Below are positions 54,976 to 64,000 of a stretch of DNA of 64,000 bases, one piece after another; the stretch's first letter is position 1, and every line of letters begins with the position of its first letter. The notes under the pieces were generated by a model. The model was not told the origin of the DNA. It did not search any database and saw only the letters and a program-made list of their open reading frames with translations. Origin of the DNA: the human T2T-CHM13v2.0 reference genome, Homo sapiens; assembly GCF_009914755.1 (NCBI RefSeq), contig NC_060947.1; one strand, given 5' to 3'. The position numbers and the translations under genes were made by a program.

Positions 54976-55455
54976 CATTCTCATACCCTGAGCCCCTATC
55001 CCAGTGGCTTTACTCACACAGAATGTTACCATAACTTTCCCTGTAATCTCCTTATCCCCAGCATCTGGGAAGCTCTTTCAGGGGCATTTGTGTGGGTTTG
55101 TCATGTAGTGGTTCTATGACCCAAGAGACCAAAATGCAGTCAAAGGTAACATCATGTACACAACTGTGTGACACCCCTCAGAAATGCTGGACTTATAGGA
55201 TAATAATGGTGGACCTGCTTTGCAGCCCTGCAAGTAAGTCCAAACCAAACCCTGTTTTCAGGGTTTCAGTTAGTTTCCATAACTCCATGGTCCTATCCTA
55301 ACCTCCCTGGTTATTTCCCCATCCCTCTTCATTTAATTCCTTTATTCTGAAGCAGGTAGTGGGTTCAACAAGTCTCCCTAACATTCCTGACATGTGTCAC
55401 TCTTCAATTTACCACTGTGTTCCTGCTCTCTGCATCTCCCAGTTCTTTGCCCCAG

Positions 55456-55743
55456 GTGCCGAACAAATTGTGCAGTCAGCTGGATAATGCTCTGAATCTG
55501 TCAAGGGACTTGCTTCAGCAGTTCAGGGTCCTGGTGGATTATTAGCATGAGAAAGGGCTGCTGAGATCGAAGATGAGGTCTGAGGAGGAATTAATGGCCA
55601 GCATGGGTAGCAGTATTACAAAGAACATCCTGAACATCCAGGATTTGGAAAATTCAATAGACATCAGTTGAGACTTCCATTTTAATACATGTATCTTTCA
55701 AAAAACCTATTTTTTTTGCAGTCAACCATCTCTTTTTGTTAAG
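55456..55743 (+). pseudogene. Candidate decayed exon resembling a TRIM coiled-coil
   Basis: Polypyrimidine tract plus ccccag acceptor; hand translation NALNLSRDLLQQFRVLVDY*HEKGLLRSKMRSEEELMASMGSSITKNILNIQDLENSIDI fits the TRIM pattern L..I..EF..L..FL.EE..LL..L..EE; judged by eye only. Confidence 0.3.
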
Positions 55744-55769
55744 ATAATTCAAAGGGGCTGATATGCCTT

Positions 55770-55793
55770 TGTGTGTGTGTGTGTGTGTGTGTG
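55770..55793. repeat. (TG)n microsatellite
   Basis: Directly visible. Confidence 0.95.
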
Positions 55794-56689
55794 CATGTTA
55801 GCAAATGCTTTCTTCATCAATCTGTGATTGTGTATGACTGTGTTTGGGAAGGAGGGAAGGTCTGATGAACATTTTTAATTTAACTTCAATTAATGAATCA
55901 ATCAGCAGTTTGCTCTAAAGCAGGATTTTTAGGTTATGTATCTGAAAAAGGCTTCTCTCTTCATAAGTGCACCAGCTGGGATGCTCCAGCATGATTCTGC
56001 ACAGCCCGTTCTACAAGAAAGGAAATTGGGAGCTTTGATGAAACTAGACATTTTTCTTTATCTTTTTAATTTTTTCTCTTAGCAAATAATATGTATGTTT
56101 TTATTCACCAATCAAGTTACATATGCTGGCAACCACTGTCATGTGAAATAATCAATCGAATAAATAGGAATTTTGGAGAAAAGATATTCAATCATATTTA
56201 GGCTGGTTTGAATGAATATTTGAGTAGCAATGGAAATCTCAAAAAGACAGCCATAAAAACTTTATAAATATATGAAAAAATGAAGCAGTCAGAAAAACCC
56301 TAACATTTTTCTAGCCCTTCTAAGAGAACCTGCAAATATGTATTTGTGGTCTTTGTTACTTGCTCAACCTAAATTGTGAGTCTTCATGGGCATGTGAGTA
56401 AGAAATCCTTTGCAAGGCTGGATGGCACATACTGCAGATTGAATGTTCTGAGAAGTAGAACTTCTGAGTATGTGTCTTTGAATGATTCTTGATGCCTGTG
56501 GATTAAGGTATTAGTGTTTTCTAAGTCTCTGGATGATGACAAAGTCATGGTGGACTTTCTAGTTAAGGACTTCACTAGAAGAAAGTACTAATCCATTGGA
56601 GTCATACATGAAGTCCCCTAACATATGGCAGGCACTGTTAATGGCATTAGACATTCAGGATTGAATAAAGTTGACAATGCCCCTGCTGT

Positions 56690-56945
56690 CAATAATGATA
56701 GGTAACATTTGCATAGTGTTTATAATGTGCTAGTTTTATAAATGCTTTACACATATTAAGTCACTTAATCCTCATCAAAACCCTGTGGGAGAGGTGCTAT
56801 TATAATCCCCACTTTATAGGTGAGAAAACTGAGGCACAGAGAGATTAGATAACTTTATTCCAAGGTCACAGAGCTAGTGTTGGGCTGGTACTAAACCCAG
56901 TGTGGCTCCCAAGGTTGGTCTTCCAATTGCCAGACCGCACCACTT
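56690..56945 (-). mobile_element. MIR inserted in an L2 fragment (L2 about 56600-57060)
   Basis: cacttaatcctcatcaaaaccctg...ccccactttataggtgagaaaactgaggcacagagag...ccaaggtcacagagctag. Confidence 0.85.
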
Positions 56946-57154
56946 CTCAGGGAGCTTATCCTTGAGATGTAGGGGAAGACAGATCATAAACACATAAACA
57001 GGGAAATAGTAAGATGACTAAAGATACATGGAAGTACTCTGAAGAAAATAGAAAAAAGGAAGTGTTCTTCAAAAGAATAACCAGTATGTTTTGACCAGTG
57101 GTAATTATTTAAGCAAATGTCTTGGGGGTATATTTTAGAATAAAAGGAACTAAA

Positions 57155-57567
57155 GCAGTTTGTTAGTGCTGCCATAGCAAAGTATCACAAACATGTTTAT
57201 TGCCTCAGAGTTCTGGAGATGAGAAGTCTGAGATCAAGGTATTGCTAGGGTTGGTTCCTTTTGAGATACCGTTCCATGCCTCTGCCCTAGCTTCTGGTGG
57301 TTTGCTGGCAATCTTTGGCATTCCTTGGCTTGTAGAAGCATCACTCCCATCTATGCCTTCATCTTCACATGTTCTCCCTGTGTGTGTCTGTCGCTAAATT
57401 CCCCCATTTTACAAGGACACCAGTCATACTGGATTAAGGGCCACCCTTCTCCAGTATGACCTCAGCTAATTACATCTGCAACAAATTTATTTCCAAATAA
57501 AGTCACATTCTGGGGGGTTAGGACTTCGAGATATGAATTTTTGAGGTACATAATTCAGTCCATAGTA
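57155..57567 (-). mobile_element. MaLR solo LTR, MLT1C-like
   Basis: gttctggagatgagaagtctgagatcaagg...aaggacaccagtcatactggattaagggcc. Confidence 0.8.
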
Positions 57568-58080
57568 GGAACCCACAGAAAATGGTACCCTGATGGTGCC
57601 TTAGAGATAGTTATTTTAAAAGTCTTGCTGCTGGTAGGATCTCCTAAGGGAAATAAGCTGAAAGGCAGAGTTATCTTTGAACAGAAAGTCCACCGCTGAA
57701 TGAAGGAATAAGCAAATTACCTTTGTGTTAGAAGTTGACATGATGGACTTACCAGGGGCCTGCACTTGGGATGTTGTTTCAGTTGGCCTTTAAATGTGAA
57801 GCCTCAGTCACATTTCCTTCCTTAGTTCTCTTTGTAAGGAACAGTCAGCACTCATGAGAGTAGTGACCAGGGCTTAAGGGGTAGGCTGAGGGGTGACTGA
57901 CCCCCAGGGATCAAACACTTAGCTTGGTGCTCATGAGCCTCTGGCTCCATCAGCTTAGGCAGATGGAATGGAAGAAAGCAGTCTAAACCTAGAAGTTTGT
58001 GGGTAAGGCTGTGGTTGGAACACTGAAATTTTCCACAAAAAACAGTGTCTCACATGATTGTGAGACCACTGTCAGCCCTT

Positions 58081-58477
58081 TGTCTTAGTCCATTGGTGCT
58101 GTTATAACAAAATAACCAAGACTAGGTAATTTGTAAACAATAGAAATTTATTCCTCACTGTTCTGGAGGCTGGGAAGTCCAAGATCAAGGTGCCAGCAGG
58201 ACTGGTGTCTGGTGAGAGCTGCTCTCTGCTTTCAAGATGGTGCTTTGTTGCAGCATCCTCTGGAGGAAATGAATGTTGTGTCCTCACAGGACAGAAGGGA
58301 CAGAAGGGGCAACGTGGAACTGTAAGTCCAATTGCAGCCTGTTTATGAGAGCACTAATCCCATCCATGAGGGTTGATCCATCAACCCTCCTAAAGACTCC
58401 ACCTCTTAATACTGCTGCATTGGGGATTAAGTTTCAACATAAGTTTTGGAGTGGACGTAAATATTCAAATCATAACA
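58081..58477 (-). mobile_element. MaLR solo LTR, MSTD-like
   Basis: tgtcttagtccattggtgctgttataacaaaa...ctgctttcaagatggtgc...attcaaatcataaca. Confidence 0.85.
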
Positions 58478-58891
58478 TCCCACTTGCACTGTTAGTTCAC
58501 CTGTTAACCAAATAATGGCACCAAAGTAAATACAGTAAATCTGATTCTGAGCAGTAAACTATGAGGAATAGGAGCTAAAGGCAGAGTACAAGGTTTCTGT
58601 TATTTGGCTGGGTATGGAGATGGCCCAGACATTAAAAATAGTGGCCTTTTCATTAAAAATAACATTAAAAATAATATCTTTAACATCTTCTCTGCACCCC
58701 CTACTATCTCCTAGTCCCCCTCCCTTTTTCTTCAGCTTAGCATGTGTTCCCACTGGTCTTGCCCTTCTTCTAAGATTGTTCCTTAAATGGAAATTGCCAT
58801 CCTCCCCAATTAAATTTTCCAAATCCTCAGTAAAAAGCAACTCTTCAGATGGGGATTTGGATCAATAAAGTTGGGCAAATCCACTTGAATG

Positions 58892-59047
58892 TAGTATTCT
58901 CAACCTTGGCTCTACATTTAAAAATTACTGATGCTTCGGTTTCACTTAAAGAGATTTTAATTTAATTGGTGTGAAGTGTGGCTTGGGCTTCACGATTTGT
59001 AAAGCTCCTCAAGTGATTATAAGGAGCGGCCAGAGTTGCAATCATTG
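58892..59047. mobile_element. hAT-Charlie MITE, MER5-like
   Basis: ttctcaaccttggct...gattttaatttaattggt...aagctcctcaagtgatt. Confidence 0.6.
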
Positions 59048-59078
59048 CTCTAATGTGAAAGCCTCAAATGAAAGTTAT

Positions 59079-59451
59079 TGTATTAGTCCGTTTTCACACT
59101 GTTGATAAAGACAAACCCGAGACTGGGCAATTTACAAAAGAAAGAGGTGTAACTGGACTTACAGTTCCACGTTGCTGGGGAAGCCTCACAACCATGGCAG
59201 AAGGCATGGAGGAGCAAGTCCCGTCTTACATGAATGGCAGCAGGCAAAGAGAAAATGAGGAAGATGTAAAAGTGGAAACCCCTGATAAAACCATCAGGGG
59301 TGAGATTTATTCACTACCACGAAAACAGTATGGGGAATACCGCCCCTATGATTCAATGATCTCCCACTGGGTCCATCCTACAACACGTGGGAATTATGGG
59401 AGTAAAATTTAAGATGAAATTTGAGTGGGGACACAGAGACAAACCATATCA
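59079..59451 (-). mobile_element. THE1 (THE1B/C-like) solo LTR
   Basis: tgtattagtccgttttcacact...ggggacacagagacaaaccatatca; perfect 5-bp TSD gttat (59074-59078, 59452-59456). Confidence 0.95.
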
Positions 59452-59699
59452 GTTATCATTAGCCCTGAGGGATCTGAACAGGCTGAAAAGTTAAACTGTG
59501 TGACAAAGTAAACATGATATTGGTAGTCTTGAGATGGAAAGTGCCTTGGGGACGGGGTAGACAGGGTACTTTTTGTCAATGAGAATTCCACATGGGTGAG
59601 TTAATGGGCCTTTGGGGCCACTTATCCTTGGAGCAGTGCTCTTAATATATCCCTACATTGCATGACTTTCCCTCCACCTCTATTTCTGAACCCACTAAT

Positions 59700-60150
59700 T
59701 CCCTAGATCAGCTTTTAGGAGATTCTGGGGCTCTGGAGTTTTGATGGATAGCGTGAGTATGTGTGGGTGTATGGAGGTGGGAGGCACATTGCAGTGGCAG
59801 GCAAAGCCACAGATGTTTCTGTGGCTGGCTTGTTTGATAGTCAGATGTTTACATCAGGGGCTTCTTGTGTAGCCTAAGTAAACAGTGGAGAATAATCAGC
59901 TTGTATACCTTGGGAGTAAACCAGGGTGGAACCTCCCATTTCAAATCAGAGTCTCTCAAATCACGGATGTCCAGCTGATGTAAAGAATGAAAAATTGTAT
60001 CCTCTACAAATGAAATTCAATTTCGATTGGAGCTGAGAGTCAACTAAGAACTGCTAGGATCCTAATAGCAGGTAGGAGCAGGAGGGATAGGGAGATTAGG
60101 TTTGCCTCTGCCTTTAATTAGCATCTTCTTTAGTGCTGTGAAGAAGGGTT
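59700..60150 (+). pseudogene. Candidate decayed B30.2/SPRY-like exon
   Basis: Hand translation from 59830: LFDSQMFTSGASCVA*VNSGE*SAC[frameshift]TLGV, versus the B30.2 motif VLGSQxFTSGxHYWEVEVGxKxxWxLGV. Confidence 0.3.
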
Positions 60151-60493
60151 ATAGGACATTAATTAAGTTTGCAGCTGATTTTAAATTGGAATACATTTCA
60201 AGGGCTAATGAGACCTTGGAGTAACACACAAGAGCTGAGGGAGGAAGAAAACAAGATTCCTTTGAAGAAAGCATCCTTTCCCAGCTGGAAGCATTGTACC
60301 CAGTGAATACAGATCCTCACTAAGAGGACAGTGCCAGAAAGGAACCAGGAACCATGGTATTCGACAAAGTCTGGAATGAATAAAAGCCTGCTTCTAGGGA
60401 TCTTTCATCTTGAATATCTCTGTTAGTTTTTGTAAAAAAAATTTCTTTATTTTTCCTTAAAAATTATCTTTTAGTAGGCTACAATATAATAAG

Positions 60494-60658
60494 GTAGTGG
60501 TTCTCCAAGAATGATCCCTGGACCAGCAGCATCAGCATCACCTGGGGAATTGTTTGAAATGTATATTCTCGAGTCCACCCCAGACCTAGCAAATTAGAAA
60601 CTGCATTTTAACTGTTTTAACAAGCCCAACAGGTGATCTCAAGTTGCAGAATCTCTGT
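60494..60658. mobile_element. MER5A MITE
   Basis: agtggttctc...ccctggaccagcagcatcagcatcacctgggg...ccccagacct...ttttaacaagccc. Confidence 0.85.
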
Positions 60659-60884
60659 AATAAGAACTCATGCCAGGCACTAAAGAAGTAGGTCTTTTCT
60701 GGGGGCAGCTGTTTCCCCCCGACTGAACATTTATATTAGAACAGTTTCAAAGAATTTCAGGCCCCTTGAAATAGTGCTTTAGTTATTCCAGCCCTGTCCA
60801 TGGGGTCGTGGCCCAGAAAGCTGAAAACAGGAATAGATGCTGATGTGATCTGTATTCGTTTAAACTCGTGTCTGGATCAGCCCT

Positions 60885-61090
60885 GAATGTGAGAGCTGGA
60901 AGGGGCCTGGAGATGACCTTGTTCCAGCCTCCCCACCTTCAGATGAGAATTCAGAGAAGCAAAGTGTTTTTGCCTGTGGTCACCTGTGAGTGTAAAAGGA
61001 TGTATCCTGGTACCAGTGCAGAAAAGTCTTATTAGGGCTGAGTTACAATGGAAATCCTTGTCTCTTGACTCCTGGTCCAAGGCCTCCCTT
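60885..61090 (-). mobile_element. MIR-family fragment
   Basis: agagctggaaggggcctggagat...cagatgagaattcagag...gtctcttgactcctggtcca. Confidence 0.5.
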
Positions 61091-61329
61091 CCCCATTAGA
61101 GGGAACCCATCTTCCAGTTGATAAATATAGGTGTTTTAGAAATTTCAAGTATCTTCTTCATTCCACATTGTTTGTGGCACATCCATGGGCTGATGGAGGG
61201 GGAGGATGGGAAAAGCGTGGTTTTGCCATGCTTATGTTCTGAGCTTTCCCTTGCTTTTATAACAAGTTCCCCCTCCTCAGCAAAGAGAAATCATACACAC
61301 TAAAGTACTTATTTCTACAACTTGTCATT

Positions 61330-61960
61330 ACACATTTATTGATCACCTGCTAAATGTGCCTGGCACTGTGCTAGGTGCTTTGGGAGTTACATGGATGAAT
61401 GAGGCTCAGATTGTATCATAAAAATGTTTATTACTAGGGTGACCATTTCATTTATCATCCAAACCAGGACACCTTTTGAAAGCCAAAGGAAGCGTTGATA
61501 ATATATGCCCTGGGACAATAGATGTAAACTAGGATTGTACTCAGCAAACCAGGATGCATGGTTACCTGCTTACAGATGAATAGGAAATGCTGAAAAATAC
61601 ATCATTCCTAGTTGAATGAAGAGAGTGTCTGTACAAAGCATTTGTATATAACAGACATACACAATGTTATGAAAACATGAAGGAGGCAAGGGTCAGGACA
61701 GGCTTTTCAGAAGAGGGGGCATTTGAGTTGGGCTTTTAAGTTTGGATAAAATTTCAATTGGTATAGTGTTTGAGTAAGCACATGTGCATATATGTGTTTT
61801 CTGTGCACAATGGCAATGAAGTTAAAAATTCAGAGTATGGGAGGAGAGTGATGATTGCCTGGTGTAGCTGGAGGGTATGCAGGTCATCAGTGTGTGGGAT
61901 GGGACAACAGAGGAAGGTGAAGAGTGGGAGAGTGGTGGGTGAGGCCATTGGAATCTAAAA
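61330..61960 (-). mobile_element. L2 fragment interrupted by a hAT-Blackjack MITE (about 61435-61570)
   Basis: catttattgatcacctgct...tgtgcctggcactgtgctaggtgct; MITE TIRs agggtgacca...tggttacct. Confidence 0.65.
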
Positions 61961-62519
61961 TGCTGGAGGATCATCAATTGGATATAGCAATTTCCTCCAA
62001 CACATGTAGCTCAATGACTGAGAATAAGTAGCAGAAAATGCGAATTATAGGTTTTATTTATTTCATGGGTTACTTGAGGCTGATTCCATGGTTGGTCTGT
62101 GTTTATGGCTGTAGATTGGAAGGAACTGGGTCTACTTTACAGAGCTTAGTTCTTTACAGCATACGTTTAAGTACTTCATTGATGTCTCCCCAGTCTGCCA
62201 GCACTGAAAGATATCCTTGGAATGGAAGTGTCTGAAAAATGAGCTGAATGGAATGCTAATTTATCATCAGCTCCTCAAGGATAAGGAAGTAAATGCTATT
62301 ATTTCTATAGTGAATTTTTTTTTTTTGCTTAAGTTGTGTTGTCTTCTGGGCTTGAAAAATTTTCTGGGGGAGTAAGTTTTCAAGAAAGGATCCTTATTTT
62401 GATAGATGTATATATATATTTTTTCTTTTTTTTGTCTGATAGATGTATTTCTGATGAAGAGATAGGAAGCAAAACATGAAATTTTAATATTTCTTCTCTT
62501 TTATTTCAATGATTTTCAT

Positions 62520-64000
62520 TCTCCTCTCCAACTGCTCCTGTCAATGCCACCCAAGCTCTCTACATGGCTGTTTCCATTGCTGGTCTCAGTCTTAATCTTC
62601 CTTGACCTACCAGCAGCATATTTGATTACATGTTTTTCACTTGGTTTCCAATACATGGCACTCTCTTCACTTTCCTCCATCCTTAATGGTTGCTCCTTCT
62701 CAGTGTTCTTTGATAGTTTTTCCCCTTCTGTGAGAAGTCTCAACATTGGAATGGGCTGGTCCTTGGGCATCTTCTCTTATGTGTCTTTACTCACTCCATT
62801 GGTGATTTCATTCAGTCTGAAAGGTTTAAATACCATGTTGTCTCCTAATTTCTTTCCTAAATGCTAGGCTCTATTATCAACCATATATTAGATATCTCCA
62901 CTTAAATAAATAGAGACATCCCAATTTTAACAGGCTCAAACACGAATCTGCTCTTTTCCACAGATTCTTCATCTAATCCGCCAGGAAATCCTAGAAAGCT
63001 TGCTTTACCCTTGGAATGTCTCTAAAATCTGATCATTTCTCTCTAACTCCATTGCTACTTCCCTGGACCAAGCCACCATCATCACTCCCCCCGGGATTAT
63101 AATAGTCTCTTACCTAGACTCTTGCTTCCATATTGCCCTCTACACTGTATTCTCCACACAGCTGTGGTGATTTTTCAGAAGTGTGACAGATCATGTCATA
63201 CTTCTGGTCAAAACCCTCCTGTGATTTTTCATCTCATGTTGAGTAAAAGCCAAAGACCTTGTTTCGTACTAATTCTTTTGAACTCACTCCACCCCAGCCT
63301 CACTGGCCTTCTTCCTATTCTTTCACCACTTCAGGCATACTTGGCATTTGCATTGGCTGTGCCTGTCTGGGATACTTTTCCTTCAGATAGATGTGCGGCT
63401 CACTCCATTCCCTCCTTTGTTTCAAGCATTGCTCAAATGTCACTGTTATGGGTTGAGTTCTATGGAAATCAGACTCTGAGATGATGTTTGGCATGCAAGA
63501 TATTATTAAGAAAGCTCTTGGAATCAACATGTATGGAAGGGAAGAGAAGGAAGCAGGAGTGGGCAGAAGGAGAAGTCAAGCTGTGACCAAGGCTTAATAA
63601 CAGCCTTGCCCAATCCTACACGGAGCTCTAGAGCTAAAATTGCCTGTCAGAGTTGTCCCCCATTGGGCTGAAAAGTGCCACCCCTTTATGTAACCTTCTA
63701 TCGGGACTGACCCTAGGTGAGGTGGCTTTCTGCTGCTGTGGCAAGCCCTGAAGGGTAGTCAGCATTTCCAGAAGCTGGGCCACAACTCCTCCTTAAAAGA
63801 GAATCTGGACATAATGTGTCCATCATTGTCAACTTCTCAATAAGTCTTATCTTGACCACTCTATGTCTGCTTGCAAGCTGCATCCTACTTCCTGCACCTC
63901 TAGATCTCTCTTACCTCATTCTGTTTTTCGATAGTACTAAACATGATTTAACAAACCATGTCATTTATTTACTCTCTTTTGTGTTTATAGTCCATCTCTC
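62520..64000 (+). mobile_element. L2 LINE fragment split by an LTR16-like LTR
   Basis: Pyrimidine-rich L2: tcttccttgacctaccagcagcatatttga...ccaagccaccatcatc...gatcatgtcatacttctg. Confidence 0.75.
63445..63825 (-). mobile_element. ERVL solo LTR, LTR16-like
   Basis: tgttatgggttgagttctatggaaatcagactctgagatg...ggaagcaggagtgggcagaagg. Confidence 0.65.

Overview
Primate (most likely human) genomic DNA. It is AT-rich, CpG-depleted and dominated by interspersed repeats: 7 Alus, many L1 fragments (nearly all minus strand), L2/MIR/CR1 relics, MaLR/ERVL/ERV1 LTRs and hAT MITEs. I find no intact protein-coding gene, RNA gene or CRISPR array; the ORF track consists of L1, Alu and LTR debris. Repeat subfamily names come from recalled consensus sequences and boundaries are approximate. 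The most notable signals are: (1) five local templated insertions, including a perfect 104-bp copy of an old L1 segment inside an MST internal region; (2) two TSD-bracketed L1 3'-transduction candidates; (3) one target site apparently used twice by L1; (4) a possibly permuted L1-in-L1 block at 43.7-51.6 kb; (5) weak but co-linear remnants of a decayed TRIM-like coiled-coil exon and a B30.2/SPRY exon on the plus strand at 55-60 kb. The sequence alone does not support a wholly new biological system.
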